Under the pieces are notes generated by a model. That model did not search any database and was not told the origin of the DNA. It saw only the letters and a list, made by a program, of their open reading frames with translations. Position numbers and translations under genes: made by a program. From NCBI RefSeq assembly GCF_009914755.1, contig NC_060928.1: DNA of 64,000 nucleotides; one strand, 5' to 3'. This document shows, in pieces, positions 13,589-29,205 of the stretch. The stretch's first letter is position 1. Each line of letters opens with the position of its first letter. The DNA is from the human T2T-CHM13v2.0 reference genome, Homo sapiens.

Positions 13589-14429
13589 CCTTTCCTCAGC
13601 TATCTCGCCCCAGAGCTGGGAGGTGGTGCCACAGGCTGCCGATTCTTCGCGGTTCTTCAGGCAAAGGAAAAGGAGCTGCTGGAGTTAAAATACCAGTGAC
13701 TTTCTAGTCTCTGTTAAGAAGTGCTAACGAGCTGCGAATGGGGAGACCGAAGGAGGGAGCGGAAAGAGGAGGAAGGAAGAAAACTGCTGCGGGTTGTGTG
13801 TCTAAAAATTCTCACACAGTTTTTCATTTAATCCGTATAATAAATCCGCAGGGATTCAAGGTTAAACAAGAGTTTATAGGATTGAGGTGCGATGTTAGTG
13901 ACTTCCAGGTTTTGAGCTCCATTTCCATTTCCCCAGTTTGAGGAAAATGATGCATTTTTCTGGCAAGTCTACCTACTCGCATTAATAAACATTGATCCAG
14001 GTCATTTTAGTTTGTCATTTGTTGGGATCTTTTCAATAATGACAACTTTTTCTTTTTAGCTGTAAACTCTTTACAATTTTTTTTAGACTTTGTGACAATT
14101 AACCTTTAACTTATGTCCCAAACCACTCTGTACCATCAACTCTTTCTTAACCTTCACATTTATAGCTTGGATTAAAAAAAAATCTTTAACATTTGTCCTC
14201 TAAAACTCCATTCATTCTTCATGTATCAACAGCCCACTAGGTGCCAGCCAGTATGCCAGAATCTGTGCCAAGATGTCAGCCCATGTAGCCCCTTAGCCCT
14301 TAGCTGAGAGGGTGAAACCCAGCGTTAGTATCCCTGCCACAAGAAACCTGTTAGCCCTAATATGTCATACAAATATTTTATTTTCTCTACATTCCATGAT
14401 GTGAAATGTTTAGGAAAATCTAACCTAGG

Positions 14430-14860
14430 GAATAAACACGTGGGAAGAAATTAAATCAGAGGAGGGGCTCTAGAATACTCCAGCTTTTCAGGGACAAGGT
14501 GATAATAAGAAGGAACCAGCAATAGAACTGACGGTAGAAAATGAAGTGTGTTGTACTGAAGGTAGAAAATGAAGTGTGTTGTCCTGGAGGCTTTGAAGTG
14601 CTTCAAGAAGAAGGGAGTGAAAAAGCGTTAATTAAGATGAACCTTGTGAATGAATCCTTGGATTTAGCAGTTCAGAGGATCTTGAAAAAATCTGTTCAAT
14701 GGAGTGAATGGTGGGATCCTGATTGGACTGGGTCCAAGACAGAATAAGAAAAGAACCATTCTGAGATTGAGAACATGAACAAACCTTTCCAGAAATTTTG
14801 CTATAAAGCAAAAAGACAATTGAGGCACTAGCTGCAAGGAGATGTAGATTTAGAGGTAGA
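14430..14860. mobile_element. L2 fragment with a 28-bp tandem duplication (14527-14582)
   Basis: Purine-rich L2-like text (ttggatttagca...cagaaattttgctataaag). Confidence 0.5.
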
Positions 14861-15004
14861 TTTGATGATACGGTGATGGGGGCTTAATTTTTTTGACTGT
14901 ACCTATTTTTGCAATGAAATAAGATGTAAAGTAACAACTGGGAGGTTGAACAGGATGTGTAGGGGTGTTAGGAAAAAGGAGAAGGTGTGAAGTGTCTACG
15001 AAAA

Positions 15005-15148
15005 CCTTGCTCTTCAAAGTGTGGCCTCTGCTCGCAACCTTAGCATTGCCCTGGGGCTGGTCAGGAATGCAGAACCTGGGAGCTGGAATCAGATTTTTCA
15101 TTTTACCAAGTTCCCAGGTTTGCACCCAAGTTTGAAAATCACTGACTT
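15005..15148. mobile_element. MER5-like DNA transposon remnant
   Basis: ttcaaagtgtgg...gaatgcaga...aagtttgaaaatcactg. Confidence 0.55.
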
Positions 15149-15650
15149 AGGTAAATGGGAGATTGAATGGACTAGGGTGCCCAGTGTATTCTAAGTCTTT
15201 AGAAATCTAAATTTCTAACTAGGACCTCAGAGATCCTACAAGGGCTACCTTTGGCCCACACTCTGTGAAGATTCTCTGACCAGCAGGTCTTCACCTGGCA
15301 AGAATCAAAACATGATGGCTGTATGTTCTGACCCTGCTGCTTGGGGAATTCATCTGTCTTTTTACCTGTGTTGCTCCTGATGTGATTAGAAGGTCTATGA
15401 TCGTACGAGGTTTATTAGACAATTTAACATTGATATCTATAAAGTAGCTATAAGAAATGAAGCCTGTAAAGAGAGTTTCACACCCTATTCAATAAAATTT
15501 CATTAAATTCCCTATATATTTACTTTAAAAATCGAGAATCAAAAAAGGTGAACTGAGCTAGACTGGGTATTCCTTAGATGGCATAATTATGCATTGTGTA
15601 ATTCTGCATATTTCATGTGCTTTGTGATTTGATATTCTGCCTTCCTACAG

Positions 15651-15769
15651 CAAAGGATGGTGATTACTGGAGATTGCTTATACCTGGAAACTATAAACTT
15701 ACAGCCTCAGCTCCAGGCTATCTGGCAATAACAAAGAAAGTGGCAGTTCCTTACAGCCCTGCTGCTGGG
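15651..15769 (+). CDS. CPE: CPE coding exon 8: (A)[39 protein letters not shown]
   Basis: Acceptor cttcctacag, donor gtaagt; 119 bp, phase 1 to 0; GDYWRLL motif; overlaps ORF 15617-15802. Confidence 0.97.
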
Positions 15770-15799
15770 GTAAGTAATCATAATAATAGCCAAACGCTA

Positions 15800-15935
15800 T
15801 AATAATAATTAAGCATTTATCATTGTCAGGCATACTGAAGTGATTTATATTTAATCTTCGTACTAGCCCTATGAGGTAGGCAACATTGTTATCTCAACTT
15901 AACAGATGAGAAAACTGAGGCTTAGCAAAGTTAAT
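15800..15935 (-). mobile_element. MIR
   Basis: ccctatgaggtagg...acagatgagaaaactgaggcttag. Confidence 0.7.
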
Positions 15936-17002
15936 ATGAAGCTCTATTACCATTTCTCAGTTTTTGAAGAGATTTACAAGAAAATGAAATAAAACTTTAA
16001 AAAATTAAATTTTTATTTGCTAACCTTGATTTCCATCTCAATGGGATTATGTTTCATTTGCCTTTTTATCTTTAGCACCTAGCGCAGTGCCTTTCTCAAT
16101 AAGTATTTGAAAAAAAAATGATGCATATAAGAAAATTTTAGGTGGTAACCAAACACTTATTTAGCATATTTTATGTGCAAGGCTCTCTGTGCTAAGTAGT
16201 ATCAAAAACCATATCTTATTTAAGTAGATCTCATTTGTTTGTTAGGAAGGTGATGGTGATAAGACCAAAACTTCTCTTAGAGCAGAATTTTACTACTACC
16301 TTTGTATTATATGCCTGGGACCGTGGGAATACCTGTAGGATTTCTTGAAAGTCTAAAAAGCTTACTTGAAAAGAATTTATTATTATTTTTGTTTATGTAC
16401 CCAAAACTTGGAGTATAAATGCTTGATTTATGCAAACAAAATATCTTGAGTTTTTAACTGGTATATGGTTTTGATTGTGTGCATGTATGTCTACATTGGG
16501 CTGTATATGTATTAAAATCAAGAGGTATATTTGGGTAACTGAAACCTGGAAAAAATGGCCCTGGGAACAAGTTGTAAAGGTTCAACTATTTTGATCCTTT
16601 GTCTTTCTGGCATGTGTTAGTGCAAGGATATAGTCAGTGTAATCACGATCCAAAATAATCAGGCGTTTAAGTGGCCAAATCAAGAAACTCTTAGTTCCAT
16701 CTGGGATGGGGCCTGAGGGGATTGGGGTTGGGGGCTGCCTACTTTGAATAGCCTTTTATGCGGAGTGTGTGGCTTCTCCCTAGACCTGATGAAGATTCCC
16801 ATTCACAAAGAGAGTGGCTTGGACACATACGTGCTTTTGTCAGTTTCTTTAACAAATTCAAGATTCTGGATAGCAGAACCTTGTGGTTTGGGATACCAGC
16901 ATGCTGAACTGTATTCTTCCACATTCCCTCCCACATTAGGAAAAGATTCAAGGCTGACAGGAGGTGCTCACTAAATAACCAAAGGCAGAAAATTAACTAT
17001 AA

Positions 17003-17311
<309 letters not shown>

Positions 17312-17603
17312 AGTTACATCTTTTTATGAGGAGAAGAGACTGGGGCAAGAATTTTGTTGAATTATATCTGTCTTCAAAGCTATTAAATCAAAGGACATTT
17401 CAAACATAAGGCTTTTGAATTTTGCTTTTGAATTTTTTCCCCCTGAAAATATCTTTTGTTTATTGCAAGAGATTTTATTTCAGGATTTACTTTAATTCAG
17501 GTGGCTGGATTGAGTGTATACTGAAACTGCTCTTATTTTTTTATTTCAATTTAAAAAAACACATGCAGTTTGATAATAATATGTTCTTGATTTTCTCTTT
17601 TAG

Positions 17604-17702
17604 GTTGATTTTGAACTGGAGTCATTTTCTGAAAGGAAAGAAGAGGAGAAGGAAGAATTGATGGAATGGTGGAAAATGATGTCAGAAACTTTAAATTTTT
17701 AA
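17604..17702 (+). CDS. CPE: CPE last coding exon: [32 protein letters not shown] (amphipathic membrane-anchor/sorting tail)
   Basis: Acceptor ttttctcttttag; 32 codons plus TAA at 17700-17702; recognisable CPE C-terminus. Confidence 0.97.
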   Translation, partial: VDFELESFSERKEEEKEELMEWWKMMSETLNF

Positions 17703-17842
17703 AAAGGCTTCTAGTTAGCTGCTTTAAATCTATCTATATAATGTAGTATGATGTAATGTGGTCTTTTTTTTAGATTTTGTGCAGTTAATACTTAACATTG
17801 ATTTATTTTTTAATCATTTAAATATTAATCAACTTTCCTTAA

Positions 17843-17848
17843 AATAAA
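17843..17848 (+). terminator. Candidate proximal polyadenylation signal AATAAA
   Basis: Canonical hexamer ~140 nt after the stop codon. Confidence 0.45.
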
Positions 17849-18261
17849 TAGCCTCTTAGGTAAAAATATAAGAACTTGATATATTTCATTCTCTTATATA
17901 GTATTCATTTTCCTACCTATATTACACAAAAAAGTATAGAAAAGATTTAAGTAATTTTGCCATCCTAGGCTTAAATGCAATATTCCTGGTATTATTTACA
18001 ATGCAGAATTTTTTGAGTAATTCTAGCTTTCAAAAATTAGTGAAGTTCTTTTACTGTAATTGGTGACAATGTCACATAATGAATGCTATTGAAAAGGTTA
18101 ACAGATACAGCTCGGAGTTGTGAGCACTCTACTGCAAGACTTAAATAGTTCAGTATAAATTGTCGTTTTTTTCTTGTGCTGACTAACTATAAGCATGATC
18201 TTGTTAATGCATTTTTGATGGGAAGAAAAGGTACATGTTTACAAAGAGGTTTTATGAAAAG

Positions 18262-18267
18262 AATAAA
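18262..18267 (+). terminator. Candidate middle polyadenylation signal AATAAA
   Basis: Canonical hexamer in the 3' UTR. Confidence 0.45.
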
Positions 18268-18388
18268 AATTGACTTCTTGCTTGTACATATAGGAGCAAT
18301 ACTATTATATTATGTAGTCCGTTAACACTACTTAAAAGTTTAGGGTTTTCTCTTGGTTGTAGAGTGGCCCAGAATTGCATTCTGAATG

Positions 18389-18394
18389 AATAAA
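18389..18394 (+). terminator. Distal polyadenylation signal AATAAA
   Basis: tgAATAAAggtt followed by T-rich downstream sequence. Confidence 0.8.
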
Positions 18395-18909
18395 GGTTAA
18401 AAAAAAATCCCCAGTGCATGTATTTCAGTTCTCTAAGATTTTTGGTCTGGCATTGTGGTCTTATGATGAAAACATGTATCCTCTTAATGGCGGCTTCTCA
18501 TATATTCATCCTGTACATTTTAAAATTTGTTAAGCAACTACTGTGTGCTAAGCACTGCATAGCCTCTATGTATGTTATTGTGGCAGGCAAAAGGTTCTGA
18601 TTTTGGGCACAACCTTTATATAAATAACACAAAAATTAATGTTTGGACACAAACTCTAAATCAGTAACACACTGGTTAATATGTAATTATGCATTGTGAT
18701 AAGTAAAATGACAAGAAAGAGTAGGGAAAGAGAAAGAATGACAGAGCAACTTAAATTAGACTGGATGAGAAGAGTCAGGGATGCATCTTAATGCACAGAC
18801 CTAGAATATTGAGTGGGTGTGAGCAGTGCAGAGTGCAGGGGTGTGTGTGTGTGTGTGTGCATGGTGGTGGTGGTATGGTTGATCAATGCTGCAAGTGTAA
18901 GTTTTGGTT

Positions 18910-20850
<1,941 letters not shown>

Positions 20851-21029
20851 CCATATAGACCAAATGGACTACCTATTCGATTGTTGGAAGGAAGTTGTTA
20901 GGTCCACGTAGTCTTGTCCTTGCACCCATTTTTCTTGATAGAGGGCTTCAAAGCTCCCTGTCCTGGTCATGCTGTTAACATGCTCCAATTTTATCTGATG
21001 GCATAGGGGACATAGAATTGAGCACTGTT

Positions 21030-21462
<433 letters not shown>

Positions 21463-21837
21463 TTAATTACCTAATTGCTAGGTGGTGATGGGGTGCTAAC
21501 GGGGTAGAACAACTCTATCAAAGGACTGTAAACTTCCCATTTTCCTCCCTAGAGACAGCTCCAAACTTTCCTTTGGGTGCAGAGGGAGGCTTTGGATGTG
21601 TATTTGGATACAGGAGAGAGTTGGCAGTCACAGAGTATTAATAGGCTCTTTGGTTCACAGATCTAATGTCATTTTCTCCAATTGGTTTATCAATAATAAA
21701 GCTGACAGTTTAAACTCTTGTCTGTCTATTGATCTGTGTTTTATTTTTCAACTGCTTCTGAACTCAGGAGTAGAAGAAATAGGCAACTTATACTGAATGC
21801 CTAAAATTTTTAAGAGGCATAAATATGTAGTATTTTA

Positions 21838-22569
<732 letters not shown>

Positions 22570-25053
22570 ATACTTCTCTTAATTCAGTCTAAGATGATAC
22601 TGACATTTATTTGAAGTTAAGTCACATTGTTGTTTCATATAAACTTAAAATAAATGAAAAATCTGAACTAAGATTTTTTGATCTGGTTTGGAAGTGAAGG
22701 TTAGAGCAGTCAAGGATATGGGAGATACATGAGCTGAAGGTTAAACAGATCTGGATTATGAACAAGAGGGTCAAATTGCTTTAGGTAAGAAAAATAAGAA
22801 GAGAAGGGGACTGAGTAGTTGATTTTAATGAAATAATGAACATATTTTGAACTTCGCTTTCTTTCTCTGTCATTGACAATGAAAATCAGACACATTACTA
22901 TGGAAAAATAGCTAATCTTAACTCATTTTGATTTCCAATTTTTCACATAAACAAAGGTAAACATTACTTGCAGAAAGGGAAATATGAACTTTGATATTCA
23001 TATTTTATTTATACAGACAACTTCTGAAATCTTTCCATGATTTGGTGTTGTGGGAGGCCGAAAACCATCATTTGTTCCAACATATTGCTCAACTTGTCTT
23101 TTCAAAATTCCCATGACGATTGTCTTCTGTGGTTAGGACTGGATGGCATTTGGAGTTTCTGCCTCAAAAATGTCAAGATAGAATATACCTAAGCTTTTAT
23201 GTCTCACCTTGTAAATACGCTCATCCTGGTTTTGCTGTTCTTAAGTAAACATCTTTCTAGGCACTTACAAATGGTCTGATTCTTTACTCTTTCATTTTTT
23301 TCTCCTAGACTATCAGCCTGTGAATCAACTCAATCATGACTTGAATTTCTAGGGTAGTACATAATTTTAGTTTTAATTTAAATCATTGCAAAATTCCCTG
23401 AGGATCAGTGTTTTTAAAAACAATTCAAAGATTTGGCTTAGCTGGGTTAAGGGTCATCAGTGTGACCCAAGCTGATATTGACTATGGTCTGTAATGATGA
23501 CTCAGAAAAGAAAAATCCCCCTCGTGAAGCTTACTGAAAATTTCCATGATGTCAGGGGCCACAAGGCTGTAAGCTTTTGGAGGGTGTCATAGTTTCTTAG
23601 ACCTCTTACACATTATCCTGTCTTAGCTCTTTTAGTATTCTACCTCCTTCCTTTTCCTTTCTCCATTCTTTCCTTTTGAAGATTCATTCAGCAATTACTA
23701 AGTGCTCACCCTGTCTTCTCTACCAGGGATTCCAGCAGCACTTTGCTATGGTCTATGGTCACCACCACCATCACTGGAATCATCATCACCATCACTACCA
23801 TCCTCACCATGACTGAGTGTGTGTCGTATGCTGCACTCAGCGCTAGACACTTGAAATGCAGTGTTTTGAAACCCAACTACAATATTTTAAGGTGAGAAGT
23901 GATGCAGCTGTCCTATTTAACAGATGAAGAAAGAGATTCAGAATTTAAGTTAAATTTCCCACTTCATACGGCTGAAATGTGGCAGAGCAAGATTACAGCC
24001 TACGTCTGCCTTACTTCTAGTCCATCCTGTTTCCACCTTACCTCACTTCTTTAGCATGGCCTGGAAAGAATTGTGTACTTCTTCATTAAATGTATCTTTG
24101 TTTTATATTCTTTTGACTATTCACATATGCTGATTGCTATACTTTGGGCTTCAGGGGAGTATTTATTACCTGTTTTGAAAGAAGGCCCTTTAAAGATGAT
24201 TTTAAACATTTTTCAAGTAAATGCAATAGCTCTTGTTTATTGCTTCTTGCCATGTGGAATTACTGTAAATCCAATTAGTTTGATCAAGTTCCCTGTAGAC
24301 ATGGTGTTGTTTGGCACAGATGTTATGTTTGATCCTGACATTATGCAGTAGAGAGACATGTTTCAGGATTTGCCAGGGTGGTCAGCAGAACAGGGCAGCT
24401 GAGGACAGGGACTCCTGGCATCACAACTGCCTCCTAGTCTCCCACTCCCCTAAGAGGGAAAGGATTTCCTGGAAAGCCCACGCAGCTGCAGGGTTTGGTT
24501 GCTGACGTTCTGTCTGTTTTGAAGTTATAGTCAGGGCAGGCAGCAGCAGGGGTGGAGTTGGAGTGTACAAAATGGAATATCAAGAGCCCTGAAGTCAGCA
24601 AAAAAATTAATGTAGACAACACTTGAAAATAAACGAACATAGACCCTCAGCATGCATTGTGAGGCTTCCTCTCCTGGGCAAAGGTTCCCTGTTAGTATAC
24701 ATCCGGAAGGAAGACTGCAAGGAGGGTCCCGTGGTGCACATATTAAATGAATTAATTTATGTAAGGCACTTAGAAAGCTGCCTGGCGCGTAGCAAGTGCT
24801 CAACAAATGCAATCACTATTATTATTACTTAATAATGTGTTATTATTACTCAAAGATGGGTTACTACTGTTGCTCAAAATGTGTTTTATTTTTATTGTTA
24901 CTGCTCTTATTACAAGGTAAGTTGTGAGACTTGGTACTCGGAAACTAGAATCATGGAAGAAACCCAGGTTAAAGACCCACCGGTAAGGCCATCTCACCAC
25001 ATGAGGTGAAAACCTAGTTATCAGAAGAGCGATAGTGTAATACTGGGTTATAG

Positions 25054-25827
<774 letters not shown>

Positions 25828-28819
25828 AAAGCTATCGTTTAGTAATAGTTTTAATATCAACTATAGCAGTATTTGAATAAATTAAAATCATTTAAATAAT
25901 TATTTATATTTTATCTCCTCATTGCTATTTAATTGGCAACTATTTAATACTGAGGCCAGAATGATAAGATGAGAAAAGAGAGATAAAACCACAATGCATT
26001 TATATTTCAAGAATTGTGAGCTTAATGTCCACCCTGCATTGTTAGAAGCTGCTTGGAACAGTTGGTGTCTCTGAAATGTTATCACCTAAGGGTCCACGTG
26101 GAGATGACAGTGATAGAAGATGAAGAAACTTTGTCCAGATGTTCTGGGTAACTGGAATGTGAATATCCACAGGTATTTGTTGAAAGAATAAATGCATGCC
26201 AAGAGAAGGGGAGGCACAGTGGAAGGTGAGTGGCACATACTTGAAAATGGCCCAACTTTCACCAGTAAATAAAATCAGCAGCATGCAATCGGACACTTAC
26301 TGGGCAAAAAACACTTGCTGATGAAATAGCCATAACGTTTTCCTTTATACTCACTTAACATATCTGTGTTGCAATTGCTACAAAACTAGGAGAAATGTGG
26401 TTTTTTCCTCATGTTTCTTTTTTATATAATTTTTCAGAATTAAACAATGCCTAGCACTTTGTCTTGAAACTGATGTGGCTGAAATACTTTTCATGAACTT
26501 AGGAACTAACTGACTAAGGAATAGGATATGCAATGAATGATTGAGAAATCACTAGTTGATTATCATAAACCAAAACTCAATACATGTACAAAGTATGTAA
26601 ACTGGAAAATGATCCAATGCCTTTTTTTTTTTTTTGAATAGCTGAATCAGTGGTTGAGTTTGTCAAGTTTCATGAGTTTGACTGTCATCACAATGCAGCG
26701 TTTGCATAGTCCTGACTACATGACTTACAATTTTCCAGTGAACCCTCTGGCTAAAACTGCTCTTTCTTCTTACCCACATTTACACTAATATTTATTCTAG
26801 AAATTCCTGAAAAATCAGTCCTGACACTACCAGGCTGACTTCTGTTCTCTGCCTTGTCGTGGAGCTATCTAAAAGCAGCCGGCCATGGTCATTCACCTAT
26901 AGTTACCCTTTGCTCCAGAAACTTCGCTGCAGCTTCCCCTGTGTTTATTTTAAACCTTAAATTTGAAGAGCAAGATGATGAGAAAAATAGCATTGAGTCT
27001 AACCAGGGCTTCATAAATGTGTTGCCACGGCTTATCTCACTACATGAACCACTGCTGTGGGATTTGGGGTCTGGTTAGGGAAGATTAAAGCGGTGGGTGG
27101 TGCAGCATTCTTTGCTTAAAACCTAAAATACAACTCCTTCTGCATTAAATACACAGAGGTATTTCAAAGCCAAGTATGTGTGTAATTAAAGTAAGAAAGT
27201 GCCAGCTTTCTGTGTGCACCTCAAGCTTCAGACAGCCACATGTGCTCTTTGTCAAGCCTTGGGAGGGCCAACAAATACACTGAGCTGCCAGGAAGATGTG
27301 AAAAGAAGCATTAGATGCTGGAGTTCCAGTTGAATCCTTTGGCAGTGAACAGCCCTGCAGGCTCATGCCCGCACAAACTTGGTTATGCATCTCCTTCCTT
27401 TTATTCACAGACACAGAGTGAAGATACAGCTCCTGGTAATTTCAGCACAAGGCTCTCAATTCTTAACTGGGGCAGCAGGGAGCTGGCATCCGCATAAGCT
27501 GGATATGGCTTACTTGAGTGAATGGATCGCGTGCCCGGTATTGACATCCCAGATTCTTTAGGGTTGTACCTAAATAAAAAGATGGAAAAGGAGAAAGTCT
27601 CTTTTTTTTCCATCCAGGAATCACTTTCAAACCCCGTATCATTATTCATGAGTTTTTGCAACGTAAGCATGGCGCCCCTTTCACTTGCATTTTTACTTTC
27701 TGTTTTCCTAATCACCTGTCTCTTGGGTACATTTTATCTGTCCCAAGCATCCTTACCTTCCCTTTGCCTGTCTTCTTTCCTTCTCTTCTGTCTCCCCTGT
27801 CTGTACGTCTTTGCATGCTCTCTCTCTTCCTCTCTGGACCTCTCTGGGTCAGGAAGGCATTTAGCGAGGAAAGCATCTGAGGCCAAACAGCATAGATTTT
27901 CTCTTCCTCCTCCTCACAGGTTCTTTCTCTGGAAGGGGGCTTCAGAGGAGAGGATCTTCTTTAGCTCCATCCTCTTGCTGGGCAGCTTGCTCTCCAGACA
28001 ATTCCCTTGAACTTTTCCACAGCCCTAGCCTTCATAACTCCCCAACCCCAGCCCTGACCCCAAGATTCCAGGTCCTAACTCTGGGCTCTGCCCTGGCTTG
28101 TCTGAAATCAGGTGTCCTGGATGAAACAGAAAGTCAGTCAAGAGTTAGGTTGCTTCCCTCACCACTGACAGATATGTGAAACTTCGACCAACTAATTCGA
28201 ACTCAGAAGATCAGGAGTATGGTAGGATCGGAAGAGCCTGGGACTGGGCTCGGAAGATCTGCAGCTTGTCTAATAAAGGAGCTTGGCACCTATAGGAATC
28301 TCAGTCTCCTCATATTTAACTAGAAGACAGTTGAGCTTCTATTCAAATATTGATTAAAGTTGTTTTCCTGATAACCTCATAAGTCTACAAAGGAAATTTC
28401 CTATGGAATGTAAGAGAGAGTCAAAAGGGGAGGCAAATTAAAATCTTTATGTTGTGATATTGAGTATGTTTTGTTTAAAATGTGTCATGACTCAGAAATA
28501 GCTTTGTACTGCTCAGCAAATCCTGGCCATAAAAGAGCTGTGACTCCTAAATATTAGTGATGTTGACTCTTTGAGCAAGACAAGCAATCAAGTCCTTGGA
28601 CATGTCCGCTCCACCGCCACACTCCTGCAGAGTGAATCCTAGAAATGCAAAGATGCCGCTGGGTTTGACGCAACAGCTATGGGCAGAGGAATCAGTGAAA
28701 ACTGGCACTGATATTGGAGGGTGGGAGCAAGGTAGTGGGGGGCAGGGAGGTGACAGGCTGCCCTTGGTGTCAAATCCAAACTGTGGGGTGACGCCCTGAG
28801 TCCTTTAGATATAGGAGGT

Positions 28820-28939
28820 ATGTCTATATCTGTATCTGTCTATATCTATCTATGTCTATGTCTGCATCTGTGTCTGTGTCTAGCCCTAAATCTATATCTA
28901 TCGCTATCTATATCTACATCTATTATCTATCTATCTATC

Positions 28940-28998
<59 letters not shown>

Positions 28999-29057
28999 CT
29001 GTGTCTTTGTCTGCATCTGTGTCTGTGTCTAGCCCTAAATTGAAATCTATATCTACA

Positions 29058-29112
<55 letters not shown>

Positions 29113-29138
29113 ATCTATCTATCTTCTATCTACCTATC

Positions 29139-29185
<47 letters not shown>

Positions 29186-29205
29186 ATCTATCTATCTAAT
29201 CTATC
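28820..29205. repeat. Compound (TCTA)n tetranucleotide microsatellite
   Basis: Several TCTA runs separated by variant units. Confidence 0.95.

Larger units (their letters stand above)
17703..18417 (+). other. CPE: CPE 3' UTR (AU-rich; end approximate)
   Basis: Repeat-free AT-rich sequence from the stop codon to just after the distal AATAAA, followed by T/GT-rich sequence. Confidence 0.8.

Noticed and set aside
27522-28010. Longest ORF in the window (162 aa, Leu/Ser/Phe-rich)
   Set aside because: Produced by a pyrimidine-rich tract poor in stop codons; no recognisable domain.
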